Origin: Candidatus Entotheonellaceae bacterium
Lineage (GTDB): Bacteria > Tectomicrobia > Entotheonellia > Entotheonellales > Entotheonellaceae
NCBI GenBank assembly: GCA_965238075.1
Contig: OZ250173.1
Span: 2,816,001 to 2,880,000 of the forward strand
DNA length: 64,000 bases
Direction of reading: 5' to 3'
Below the pieces are notes generated by a model. That model saw only the letters and a list, made by a program, of their open reading frames with translations. It did not search any database and was not told the DNA's origin. Of the stretch, positions 52,501 to 63,026 are shown one piece after another. The position numbers and the translations under genes were made by a program. How positions within the stretch are numbered: the stretch's first letter is position 1; each line of letters starts with the position of its first letter.

Positions 52501-53208
52501 ATGCACGACGTGTATCGAGAGGCGCCGCACACCCATCATGCGGCGTTGTTTGACTGGCCCGGCAAGGCGCCCAAGCCCCTGACAATCGGGGTTGGCGGTC
52601 CGGTCGGCTCCGGTAAGACGGCGCTGGTTGACAGGCTTTGCAAGGCGCTGCGCGACAGCTACCGCCTCGCGGTGGTCACCAACGACATCTACACCCGGGA
52701 AGACGCCGAATTCCTCTGCCGTAGCGGCGCCCTGGACGTCGAACGCATCGTCGGCGTTGAAACCGGCGGCTGCCCGCACAGCGCCATCCGGGAAGACGCT
52801 TCCGTAAACCTCGAAGCCATGGCCGGCCTGGCGGAGCGCTTTACTGACCTGCAGCTCATCTTCGTCGAAAGCGGCGGCGACAACCTGGCGGCCACCTTCA
52901 GCCCCGAGCTCGCCGATTTCACCATCTACGTCATCGACGTCGCCGCCGGCGACAAAATCCCCCGCAAAGGCGGCCCCGGCATTACCCGCTCCGACCTCCT
53001 GCTCATCAACAAGATCGACCTCGCCCCCCACGTCGGCGCCGACCTTCAGGTCATGGACCGCGACGCCCGCAAGATGCGCGGCGACCGGCCGTTCATCTTC
53101 ACCAACCTCTTGACCGGCCAAGGGCTTGATACGGTTGTCGGTTGGGTGCGGCGCCACGTTGATGCCGTGCTGAAAGACGGACGTGCGGAGCCCATTTCAG
53201 ACGCATGA
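52501..53208 (+). CDS. ureG: Urease accessory GTPase UreG
   Basis: [27 protein letters not shown]. Confidence 0.96.
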   Translation: MHDVYREAPHTHHAALFDWPGKAPKPLTIGVGGPVGSGKTALVDRLCKALRDSYRLAVVTNDIYTREDAEFLCRSGALDVERIVGVETGGCPHSAIREDASVNLEAMAGLAERFTDLQLIFVESGGDNLAATFSPELADFTIYVIDVAAGDKIPRKGGPGITRSDLLLINKIDLAPHVGADLQVMDRDARKMRGDRPFIFTNLLTGQGLDTVVGWVRRHVDAVLKDGRAEPISDA

Positions 53209-53238
53209 CGCTCTCTTTGCCCGCCCTGTTCAACACGG

Positions 53239-53661
53239 TCAAGCGCGCTCCTCTGGCTCTCCCCATACCTCAACACCAAGACCTGGAACACGAGCAAACT
53301 CGCGGACATTTGCTGTAAGGATGGTCAAACCGTGGGCAAGACAGGCGGCCGCAAGCCAGAGATCATTCGGCCCAATGATGTTACCCACTGCGGCCAACTC
53401 TGCCCATACTTGCGCGTGCAATCGGGCGGTCGCCAAGTCTATTGGCAATAAAGGAAAGCGTTCCAACAGCGCTTCGACAAATGCCGAACGCTTCGCCCGC
53501 ACACCCGACTGCACCGCACGATGCACGCCGTGGAGAAGCTCGCTCGCGGTGACAACAGAGATGAAGAATTCTTCCTGCCGTCGCTGTTCGGGATGACGTT
53601 GCAGGTCGAGACGCCCACGCTCGTACTCGATCAGGATGCTGGTATCGATCAAGACGGCCAC
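53239..53661 (-). CDS. VapC/PIN-domain toxin
   Basis: GTG start; LIDTSILI, SELLHG, NDLWLAAACL, TANVREFARVPGL. Confidence 0.9.
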   Translation of the reverse strand: MAVLIDTSILIEYERGRLDLQRHPEQRRQEEFFISVVTASELLHGVHRAVQSGVRAKRSAFVEALLERFPLLPIDLATARLHAQVWAELAAVGNIIGPNDLWLAAACLAHGLTILTANVREFARVPGLGVEVWGEPEERA

Positions 53662-53927
53662 GGGTCTCGGACCTCCACACGCGCCAGTTCTGCCCGCGCC
53701 GTTCTGAGGTCGTCGGCAAATTGCCTGGCTTCGTCTGGGGTGAGATGGGGTAGCGAGGCCAGCAGCGCGGGAAGTTCCGCCAGCCGTTTCCCCATGGGAA
53801 GGGGACGAAGTTCCGCCACAGGCTTGTTGCCGCGTACAAGTACGAAGCACTCGCCACGGTAGGCTACACGGTTGATGTATTCTGCAAAATGGCGCGCTGC
53901 CTCGGTAACGGAAAGCGTCTGGATCAT
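53649..53927 (-). CDS. Phd/YefM-type antitoxin
   Basis: LSVTEAARHFAEYINRV...VRGNKPVAEL; overlaps the toxin start. Confidence 0.85.
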   Translation of the reverse strand: MIQTLSVTEAARHFAEYINRVAYRGECFVLVRGNKPVAELRPLPMGKRLAELPALLASLPHLTPDEARQFADDLRTARAELARVEVRDPWPS

Positions 53928-53963
53928 CAGATTCTCCCAAGTAAGATTATCTCCATTATACGA

Positions 53964-53982
53964 CAGATAGTCATATTATCTG
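53964..53982. promoter_or_regulatory. Putative autoregulatory operator of the TA operon
   Basis: Inverted repeat CAGATA-N7-TATCTG in the AT-rich region upstream of the antitoxin. Confidence 0.4.
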
Positions 53983-54138
53983 ATTATCATCTTGCTCTCC
54001 ATCGATCCACTGCTGCGCGTTTTCGCTACTCGCATCCCCCGGCCTTCGTGGGATTGACAAAGCCGGGGCAGGGGGCTACGGTGCGCGTCGGTAAACGCCT
54101 ACTCACGTTCAAGAACCGTCAAAACGAAGGAGTATGGT

Positions 54139-55818
54139 ATGGCTGAGTACGATGTGGTTATTCGCGGCGGCACCATTGTAGATGGAACAGGCATTCCGCC
54201 GTTTCGAGCCGATCTGGCCGTCAAGGACGGTCGGATCGCGATGATTAGCGGTCGTATCAAAGCCGGCGGCGCCCGGGAGATCGACGCCAAGGGATGCAAC
54301 GTGGCGCCCGGCGCGATCGATCTGCACACGCATTATGATGCCCAACTGAACTGGGACCCTTACGCCACGTTATCCGGCTGGTTTGGCGTCACCTCTGTCA
54401 GCATTGGCCAGTGCGGCTTTGGCTTCGCGCCGACGCGGCCAGATGACCGCGATCTCAACATGCGCATGATGAACCGCATTGAAGCCATTCCCATGAAGTC
54501 GATGGAGCTCGGGCTGCGCTGGGACTGGGAGACCTTCCCGGAATATCTCGACAGCCTGGACCGCCAAGGCTTGGGGGTGAACGTGGGCGCGCTGGTGCCT
54601 TTCTCGCCCCTGCGTGGCTATGTGTTGGGGATGCGAGAAGCGCGTGAGCGCACCTCGGTGACCGAGGCCGAACTGAGCCAGATGAAAAAGCTTCTCCACG
54701 AAGCCATGCAAGCCGGGGCTTTCGGCTTCTCTGCCGACCAGAATCTCGAAGACCGCACGGAAGACGGCAGCGCCTTGCCGAGTCACGTGGCGTCGCCGGA
54801 AGAGTTTCTTGGGCTCGCGGAGGTGCTGTCCGACTTTGGCGTTGGCCACATGGGATGGACCATCGGCATTTCCAACACGGCCCATGAACAACACCTGCTG
54901 CTTCTGGACATGATGCAGCGCAGCGGACGGCCGCTGCACGTGGCCGTTGGGGATGATGAGGAAGGTTACACGTGGGCCAGCGAAGCGCGTGCCGAAGGGC
55001 TGCCGGTTGTGGTGCAGCAGAATTCCATGGATCCCGTGTCGGAGTTTACCCTGGCTGAGTACAACATGTTTGATTACATGCCCAACTGGATTCAGCCATT
55101 GGTTGGGACAGCTGTCGAGCGCGGCATGAAACTAAGTGACACGGAGACACGGGCCGCCATGAAACGCGACGTGACCGACCGGCCGCATGCCAGAACCGAT
55201 TGGCGCCATATGACCGTGGTCGAGGTGACCCACGAGCACAACCGGCAGTATGAGGGCATGACCATCGAAGACCTGGCTGCCAAGCAACAGAAGCATCCGG
55301 TGGATGCTCTCCTCGATCTGGCGTTGGATGAAGGGCTGCAGACGACGTTCAGCCATCAGATGTCGAACCGAGGCGACGAGGCCCTGGCCCGCCGCATTGC
55401 GAGCCCCTATTCCCACATCTCCCTGTCGGACGGCGGCGCCCATATCCGCTATCTCACCATCAGCACCTGGCCGGTCCATTTCCTGGGCTACTGGGTGCGT
55501 GATCGGCAGTTGGTCAGCATCGAGCAGGCGCACTACAAGATGAGCGCCTACCCGGCCTGGTTAGCCGATTTCAAAGGACGCGGCACGCTGCGCGTGGGCG
55601 ACTGGGCCGACATCATGATCTACGATCTCGAACAGCTCGGCTATGTCTATGACAAGCCGACCTATGCAAGTGATTTTCCCGGCGGCGAGTGGCGCCGGGT
55701 GCAGAAACCCACCGGCATACGCCACATTCTGGTGAATGGCGCCGTCACGTTCGAAGAGAATGAGTGCACCAGCGCCTTGCCAGGCAAGTTGTTGCGCAGC
55801 TACGACATGGTGGGTTAA
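54139..55818 (+). CDS. N-acyl-D-amino-acid deacylase-family amidohydrolase
   Basis: IRGGTIVDGTG, IDLHTHYD, SDGGAH, GTLRVGDWAD; TTGACA-N17-TACGGT at 54054-54082. Confidence 0.9.
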   Translation: MAEYDVVIRGGTIVDGTGIPPFRADLAVKDGRIAMISGRIKAGGAREIDAKGCNVAPGAIDLHTHYDAQLNWDPYATLSGWFGVTSVSIGQCGFGFAPTRPDDRDLNMRMMNRIEAIPMKSMELGLRWDWETFPEYLDSLDRQGLGVNVGALVPFSPLRGYVLGMREARERTSVTEAELSQMKKLLHEAMQAGAFGFSADQNLEDRTEDGSALPSHVASPEEFLGLAEVLSDFGVGHMGWTIGISNTAHEQHLLLLDMMQRSGRPLHVAVGDDEEGYTWASEARAEGLPVVVQQNSMDPVSEFTLAEYNMFDYMPNWIQPLVGTAVERGMKLSDTETRAAMKRDVTDRPHARTDWRHMTVVEVTHEHNRQYEGMTIEDLAAKQQKHPVDALLDLALDEGLQTTFSHQMSNRGDEALARRIASPYSHISLSDGGAHIRYLTISTWPVHFLGYWVRDRQLVSIEQAHYKMSAYPAWLADFKGRGTLRVGDWADIMIYDLEQLGYVYDKPTYASDFPGGEWRRVQKPTGIRHILVNGAVTFEENECTSALPGKLLRSYDMVG

Positions 55819-55934
55819 TGGTCAGGCAAAGTCTGAATCGGTAGCGTTTCCATAGCATTCACGTTCGTCGGGGTTGGAGGCTGCCCGTCATCCCCCAACC
55901 CCGTCTCTATGTACCGCAGGAATCCGGCTCTCCC

Positions 55935-56108
55935 TCACATAGGCCCGCCACGCTCTAATCTATCCGGCTGTTGCCGAGAACGTAGACGTCTCGTGTGCTC
56001 GGCCCACAACTCGCGTTCTTCCTTTTTCGACTTTCCAGATAACAATTGCGCAACATACTCTACGCCACGACGCTTCAAGACGATGCATTCCGGTTCACGA
56101 GTTGTCAT
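55935..56108 (-). CDS. Small hypothetical protein (57 aa), antitoxin-like
   Basis: RBS gaggtga; MTTREPECIVLKRRGVEYVAQLLSGKSKKEERELWAEHTRRL...; below the ORF track cutoff. Confidence 0.45.
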   Translation of the reverse strand: MTTREPECIVLKRRGVEYVAQLLSGKSKKEERELWAEHTRRLRSRQQPDRLERGGPM

Positions 56109-56201
56109 ATTGACTCACCTCGTCAATCCTTTGGAACTTCGACCGTTACCGGCCTCACATCTAACCTCCCACCCTCGTCTCCGCACCGCCCGGCAACCTG
56201 A

Positions 56202-56435
56202 TCAAGAGACAAAGTCGAAGACTTGCATGGAAACTGACTTGGCGGCTTTGGATTCGCCGCGAACCATCGTGCGGACTTTCTCTACGGTCTCTCGGCTGAA
56301 GGCTTGCTCGCCGCATCGGGCGCATACCATAGCCGGAATACCGCCGACGAGAACGTATTCCCCGTCGATTCGGAAAACCTCGTCAACCCGTTCTTCCCGG
56401 CTCTCCTCGGCGCGACAGACTGGGCAGGCAGGCAT
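56202..56435 (-). CDS. YgiT/MqsA-type zinc-finger protein
   Basis: CPVC...IPAMVCARCGEQAFS. Confidence 0.8.
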   Translation of the reverse strand: MPACPVCRAEESREERVDEVFRIDGEYVLVGGIPAMVCARCGEQAFSRETVEKVRTMVRGESKAAKSVSMQVFDFVS

Positions 56436-56544
56436 GCCATCTCTTTATGTAATCGTCAATTGATTCGTTCGGATTCGGCTCGTACAGCGTTACGATCCTC
56501 ACCATTTGGGTGTCCGCAACGGTCTCCGTCCAGCACACCCTCAC
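56436..56544 (-). pseudogene. Chimeric toxin remnant (RelE/ParE-like start joined to a DUF4258-like end)
   Basis: VRVCWTET|VADTQMVRIVTLYEPNPNESIDDY. Confidence 0.45.
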
Positions 56545-56730
56545 ACTGACAACCCAAACTTCGCTCGGACTTCACCGACGTCCAATGCCTGACCGGCTTC
56601 GCTATCTTCGAGTCCGGCCACAATGGCTTGCCGGACATAGATGGTGTAGATCAGATCATTCCACGTAGCGCTTTCAGGCAGGCTTTCTGCCAGGCAATGG
56701 GCTTTCCTGGTTCACATCTGGCGCGTGCAT
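56541..56730 (-). pseudogene. Frameshifted antitoxin
   Basis: MHAPDVNQE, then after a frameshift AHCLAESLPESATWNDLIYTIYVRQAIVAGLEDSEAGQALDVGEVRAKFGL. Confidence 0.6.
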
Positions 56731-56974
56731 GGTGTCGGCCTCGGGACGACTTTATGGGGTTGATTGTCATACGGCTGGGAGAGCTTGGCTGGCAACGGAA
56801 TTCGGTCAATTGCCGCTTTGGACAAATGGGCTACCGCCTGTCCAAGTTCATTCAACGGTTGCACCCACATAACGCTTCTGCTGAGCGGCGGCAACAGGAG
56901 GGAGACCCGCGAACAACGAAAACATGCACTGTCGCTCGTCCGCTTCAGCAGAAGACGACCAGGGAAGGCACTCT

Positions 56975-57252
56975 TTAATAGACTTCCTTATGAGTTCCAA
57001 CCTCTCGAGCAAGAGTGCTTCGGAACCCTCATGTTGGAGAACTGGAAAACAATCCTTAGATCATACCCAAGACTGTACGCCCAGGAGCCTGCAAATTCCC
57101 CTTTCAGCTTGTGGCTCCGTAGTTGAGGTGAAACGCATCTTCAGCCAGTAACGCCAATGTGGCTCGTAAATCTTCAGCGATGTGGGGATGTCTTCTCACC
57201 ACGCGTCGGCCGCCCTCACAAAGGCACTGGAGCGCAGCAGGAGTCGTTTCAC
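56975..57252 (-). pseudogene. YafQ/RelE-family mRNA interferase with several frameshifts
   Basis: Fragments in different frames: KRLLLRSSAFVRAA / RATLALLAEDAF / RSHKLKGEFAGSWAYSLGYDLRIVF / VGTHKEVY. Confidence 0.7.
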
Positions 57253-57464
57253 GATTCGCTCTCGTTCATGAGTTCTTCCGGTCTCGCGGGTCGACACTGA
57301 CCCGCTTGAAATTCGTGTTGCGCCTGTTGAACGTCTTGGACGAGTTCTCCCCGTCGCCGCTCGACAATACGACGATGCAGAATCTCTTTGAGGATTTCCT
57401 GATCTTCCAGAGATAAGGCCTCGATACCTTCCAGGACTTCTCCAAAAGGCAGGGCCTTTGGCAT
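57249..57464 (-). CDS. Antitoxin-like small protein
   Basis: FGEVLEGIEALSLEDQEILKEILHRRIVERRR; overlaps the toxin start; RBS ggaggggg. Confidence 0.7.
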   Translation of the reverse strand: MPKALPFGEVLEGIEALSLEDQEILKEILHRRIVERRRGELVQDVQQAQHEFQAGQCRPARPEELMNESES

Positions 57465-57556
57465 GATTTACGTCCCCCTCCTGGGTTGTGTCACATTGGC
57501 TTAACGGTGCCGCTTAGGCGGATGACCGGAGGAAAGCCTTAAGTTGCGTTTGATTT

Positions 57557-57745
57557 GGACTACAGTCAGAAGTTACCTGCTCCATGCCAAGGTTAGGTGA
57601 AAGAGGCTGTCAATGGCACAAAAAGCCCCGGAAAACACTTTCGGATTCGGATGAGGCATGACGCTGGTCCAGCCGTACTGCATGTTCCCTGACGATGCGG
57701 CCGCAGCAGCATGGTTTGTTGAACTCGCCCGTTGGCTTCGCAACA
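57557..57745 (+). mobile_element. IS1595-family left end and degraded transposase N-terminus
   Basis: MAQKAP/GKHFR...GMTLVQ...MFPDDAAAAAWFVE..RW; GG-starting end ggactacagtcagaagtt at 57557. Confidence 0.55.
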
Positions 57746-57760
57746 AAGGTGGGGCAGCCT

Positions 57761-58762
57761 CTATTGAACATGACGGTCTTCCGACCGACCCACTTCGATA
57801 GAGAGATCACCAAAAAGTTGGCGCGTTTCATGGATTTTTTCGCTTGGAACAATCAGCCGGGTAGCCATCTCAAACAAATCACCCGGGTTGGGCTGAGAGA
57901 GTGAAACTGCTCTGTCTACGCGGCGAAATGTTTCATTCTTATACCCCAACTCACGTTTCCAAAAGGCGTTGTCGAGATCGATGAGACATTGCTTCTCGTT
58001 CTCGTCAAGGGTACGCCCACGAGGGGCTTCATTGACAAAATAGCCCGCCGTAATTCGCCATTCACGTTGCCTATAGTAGCCAAGCAGTTCATCAACGTGC
58101 TCGTCGTCTGTTGGGTAGAATAGCGACTGTGCAATGGAAGTTACTGCTGTCATTGCTTCAAAGGGCGCGTTTTCAAAGCCAATAAAACTCAGAAGATCTT
58201 TTATCGCACCCCATGGGACTTGAAACTCCTGAAGAGTTCCTCTTTCTTCATCGCCATTCCTCAGATTAAACATGCAGTCATCACTTATCCGTGTGGCCCC
58301 CGGAAACTTGTTTTGGACATGGGCTGGGTCGTTGAACCGATTCAGAAAATTAAGCTGTTCCAGCGTATGCCTGATGTGATCAGTATGACTTACAAGAAAC
58401 GCACCCAATAATGCCATATGGTCCTGCTCTGACAATGCTTGAGGCATGTAGATTACGGGTAACGCTCCAGCACGCCTCAACGCCATAATGTCAAATTCGA
58501 TGGCGAACGGGCCAAAACGCTTTGAATGTTCTCCTAATTCGTTTCGCGACAACTCAGTAAAGCAGACGCGCTGTTGCAAAAGTCGGATGGGCGATGGACT
58601 CCCGATACTGACTGGTGTTCTCCACTCGACAATTTCTGGAGCCAAAATCAAGCCCAGCCGCTTCATCGATTGGATGATAGACCATCCCCTATCAATAGTC
58701 TGGCTAGGTGTTTGCCCGACGCGCGGTCTTGGAAAGCTGTGATAAAAATACCTGGGAGCCAT
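57761..58762 (-). CDS. Hypothetical protein with AbiGi/DUF2971-like motifs, putative defence protein
   Basis: YHSFPR, RVCFTEL, HSKRFGPFAIEF, PVIY, YYRQREWR; markedly lower GC than the flanks; start inferred. Confidence 0.55.
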   Translation of the reverse strand: MAPRYFYHSFPRPRVGQTPSQTIDRGWSIIQSMKRLGLILAPEIVEWRTPVSIGSPSPIRLLQQRVCFTELSRNELGEHSKRFGPFAIEFDIMALRRAGALPVIYMPQALSEQDHMALLGAFLVSHTDHIRHTLEQLNFLNRFNDPAHVQNKFPGATRISDDCMFNLRNGDEERGTLQEFQVPWGAIKDLLSFIGFENAPFEAMTAVTSIAQSLFYPTDDEHVDELLGYYRQREWRITAGYFVNEAPRGRTLDENEKQCLIDLDNAFWKRELGYKNETFRRVDRAVSLSQPNPGDLFEMATRLIVPSEKIHETRQLFGDLSIEVGRSEDRHVQ

Positions 58763-58870
58763 CCTGAGAATTCCCCTTTGCCGAGAACGATGAAGGTGGC
58801 AAACCTGCGATTCTCTCCGTGAGGTTAAATGTTCGTGGCACTTGTAGCTCCTTAAAGCCAACTAACCATT

Positions 58871-61800
58871 CTACACCGCCACCCGCGTCTCCGTATCACC
58901 CGCTGCCAGAGCGTTCATGTAGGCCAGAATCAGGTCCCGCGTGCGGTAGCGGCCGAATTGCTTTTCGTCCTCGTGGCGCACGATGGGGAAGGTGTCGAGC
59001 ACGTAGCCGACGTCTTCCCGTGATAGGCCGTAGAGGTGGAAGTAGAGGGCGTCGAGGCGGGCGCGCAGGTGGCGGCGTTCTTCGTCGTCCCAGGGGAAGG
59101 GCGGGCCGTCGTAGCCGAGGTCGCGGGCGAAGGGGGCCATGTCGTGGGCGGTGTAGGTGAGGCGCAGCACGTGGTCGCGGACGAGGGCACGGGCGGTCGT
59201 TGCGCCGAATGGCCGGTCGTAGTCCGCAGGGGCAATGACAGGGAGTTGCTCGACGATGTACCAGTTGAGGTGCGTTCCTTGTGTCTTTTGCCTGACGACG
59301 AAGTCCACGCACAGGGAGTTCAGGTTGCCCACAAGGCATGCAGCAAGCGGGGCGCTCAGAGAAGAGCTGTCGCCCAGCAGCAAAGGCAACGTGTTCCCAT
59401 AGCCCGCCCACGGAACGATTGCGGCGATCAGGGTCCGCACATCCGTCGGTCTGCCGATGTCACGGAACCCCACTGTCCAGCTTCGTGACAGGGGTAGAAC
59501 CTGTTCCACGTCTGATTCTGGAACCCAGTATTGCGTCTGCGGAAGAAAGTCAGGATCAGCGCGCTCCGTATCGGCCACCGGTTCACTCAGATAGGGATTA
59601 TGGGTGTTCGCCGGGTTCACACGAACCGAGTTGGCACGATGGTCGAAATGTCCAATCATCCGTCCCTGATACAGCGGCAGATACAGGTCCTCCCCCCGTT
59701 TCCAGCGATTGCCCTGCACCGGGTAGAAACCTTCTGTGTCGAGTTGCGTGGCGGTGCGGAAGCGGTTCGAGTCGTTGGTCATGTCGAACATGCGCACGTA
59801 CCGCACCGGCCACGCCTTGCGCTCGCCGCCGCCAGAGCGGTCCACCAGTATGGGATGCCGTTCGTAGATACGGCGGGTGATGTCCGCATCGCGTCGGGTG
59901 CGGAACACGGGCGCGGTGCCGGTGTTGGGATTGACGCGGGCAAAGTCGGACGGCGCCAGCGGGAAGCAGCGGTCCGCGTCGTCTATCTCGGCGGTGTCGT
60001 GCAGGAAGAAGGCGCAACGCGTCTCGTTGAACCGTCGCGCTTCGCCGCCAACGATCAGGGCGCAGAATTTGAACGAAGCATGGATGTCCTTAAAGAAGAT
60101 TTTTTATTCTCGAAATCAAACAGCCCGCGTAATCGCCCGCTCGTGGACACGGACTTGAAGAAATCGGCCGCCGTCTTGTCGGCGCATATGCCCGACGGCG
60201 TCAGCAGGCCCACCAGGCCGTCGGGCTTGACTAGGTGCATGGCCCGCTCAACGAACAGCGAATACAGGTTGATGTCGCCGCCGCCGAGCAGCGGGTAATC
60301 GTCGGACACCCGCACCAGTTGGCCCAGACTGTCGGCGCGCGCCTTGGCGTCGTCGAACGCGGCGGCCAGCGGATCACCCGCGTCGCGCAGTCGCTGGATG
60401 CCTTTTCGCCGTGCCGCCGCGGTTGGCGCCAGCGCGAGATCGGGGGCGCGGGTGGCGAACCACTCGACTTCCTGCAGCTTGATGCGGTCCCACGGCGGGT
60501 TGCCGATGACGGCGTCGAAACCGCCTTCCGGGCGGACGTTCTGCCAGTGTTGCCAGACGCCGGGAAAAGCAGCCTCCCAGTGCAGGAAGCCTTCGCGGTC
60601 GGCAATGGCGCGGGCATTGCGCCACAACTCGGCAAACTGCGCCCAGGCCGCGGCGTCGGCATGGGGCGGACGATCCGTACGCTCCGGGCCACGAGCCAGC
60701 AGGCTGTAGGCATCGTCCCGCAAGGCGGCCACCAGTTGACCCTCCGCCCGGTCTTTCTCGCGCGTCTTCACGCCCGCCGTCATCCACCGCCAGCCGCAGA
60801 CGAAATCGAGCAGGCCGCGCAGGTCGGCGGTCGTCTCCTCTACCCGCACGAACAGCGACGCCGATTCCCGCACCTCGGCCACGTCGGCGTCGGACATCGC
60901 CTCGATGCGCTGCATGCCCGCGGTGGCGGCCTCGGCGCCGGCGATGGCGGAACCGGCGAACAGGCCGCCGAGCCGGTGCAACTCGCCCGTGGCATCCTGC
61001 ACCCGCACCCCGATGAGCGAGTCGCCAACCCGCAGGTGGTGGTCCAGGAAGGACAGCGGCGCGCCCACCGTGAAGCTGTGCAGCCACAGCGACACCTTGG
61101 CCAGCTCCACGGTCAGGCGGTTTTTGTCGACGCCGTAGATGCAGCGCTTGAGCACCATGCGTCGGATAATGGCCTGATCCGTCAATTGGGCTTCGTCGAT
61201 GATCCAGTTGGACGCCGCGGCGCGTTGCAGGATGTCGTGGCGGATGCGCTCAATGCGCTGCACCAGCGGCGAGGCGTAGGTGCCGTCCAGCCACGCCGGG
61301 ACCGCCGGCACGTACTCGATCAATTCGGAGATGTAGTCCGACAGGAAATCCACCGCGGTGACCAGGAAGTGGCCGCTGCCCATTGCCGGGTCGAGAACTT
61401 TGAGGTCCAGGACCGCCTCGGCCGGGTCGAGCTTGGTGAGTTCGGCGTGCCGTTTCGCCTTGGGATGGCGGTCATTTTGCAGCGCCGCGGCCTCGCCCTC
61501 GAAGGCCTTGAGCCGTTCCTCCGCCAAGGGCTTGAGGGTGTTGTCCACGATCAGATCGACCAGTTCCTGGGGGGTGTAGAAACTGCCGCTGTCCTTGCGA
61601 ACGTATGGATTGGGGCGGATGGTGATGCTGCCATCGTCGTGACGCACCGGCTCGTGCTCCAGCAGGCGTTCGTAGATCGAGCCGAGTTGCTGCACGGACA
61701 TGTCGCGGTAGTTGACAAAGTGGGACTCGCGGTGGCTCATGGCGTAGATGATGGGCGCGACGGCGGCGTCCGACAGGCGAACGGTCTCCAGCATCGGGGC

Positions 61801-62883
61801 GGACGCGGGCGCAAACAGGCCGCCGTTGTATGGGGGCAGGCCGATGGAGGCGTCGCCCTTGTCGATGAGGGTGAACAGCGTTGTCAGATGGTTGTAGTAG
61901 CTGGCGGCGTGGGCGGAGAAGGTGTCGCCGTCTTGGGTTCGCCGCGCGATGTCGTCGCGCACCCGTTTGCGCAGGCCGTAATCATCGTAGCGCGGGTCGT
62001 TGACGGGGAGCAGCCCGCGGTCTTCGGCGTACAGCACGAACAGCAGCCGGTACAGAAAGATCAGCGCCGCGTCGCGGATTGCCGACAAGTCCCGCGTCGA
62101 TTTCCGGGCGAGGGCGGTCACAAGCCCCGGGAACACGGTGTCGAACACCACGTTGGAGAGGTCGCGCGCCACCTGCTCCTCGTAGCGGCGCCCCTCGGCG
62201 AGCGCGGTTTCCAGGAAGGAGGCCTGCGCCCCATCCCGTAGGTTGGAGGAATCCCGGCGGAACAGCAGGTAGAACGTGCGGAGCGCGTCTTCGTTGCCGG
62301 ATCGCAGCAGGGCTGTGAGATCGGTCTCGTAGTAGCCGCTGGCGCGCGGCCGGGCGCGGGTGTCGTAGAGCCGCCAGACGCCGCCGTTGGTCAAGATACC
62401 CCAGCGCAGGCGCCCGTCGGTGACGCTGTCGGCGGTGGACAGATAGCGGCGTATCTGCCCGTGCGGCGTGCCCGCTCGGGCTTTCCCGGTTGCCTCGCGA
62501 GTATCGAGGGGCAGGCCGAACCGCTTGCTCTCTTCAATGAGCAGGGCGTCCCGGTAGCGTTCTTCGGAGTCGTTGCGGCCGGCGGCGCGGGCCTTGGATT
62601 CGGTGTCGGCGAACAGCAGATGGTCGGGGATGTCTTCGTTGCGCGCCGCGCCCTGCTGGGGCAGGCTGTGGACTCAGCCGAGCAACGCCAAAACGGGGCG
62701 GATCAGGTCCTGCTCGGTGACCGATTCGTTGGGGCTGTCGTAGTGGCTGAACGCCTCGAAGCGCTCGGCAACGGTACTGGCGAACGCGGTGAAGGCTTGC
62801 GGCCGGTCAACGGACGCCTGCCATTCAGGGGTGTGCCGGATGCCGTCGGTCAAAAAGTACTGGGTGAACAATTGGCCGGGCAT
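58871..62883 (-). pseudogene. Type IIG (Eco57I-like) restriction-modification fusion, interrupted
   Basis: PD...EESK nuclease, WGILTNG, LGSIYE, GSFYTP, DPAMGSGHF, NPPW, C-terminal TRD; in-frame TGA at 62676-62674 and a frameshift in the A6 run at 60105-60100. Confidence 0.88.
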
Positions 62884-63026
62884 GTGGGCCTCAAATGGGT
62901 GAGATTCGCTTGCCGGGCATCGTGACGCCAAAAAGCATTCTACTGCAAAATGGCTTCGTGCCTATCGCTGTGAGCTATTGAGGTGGTTCTGTCCAGAGGG
63001 AAGAACGGCTTGATTGGCGGACCGGT

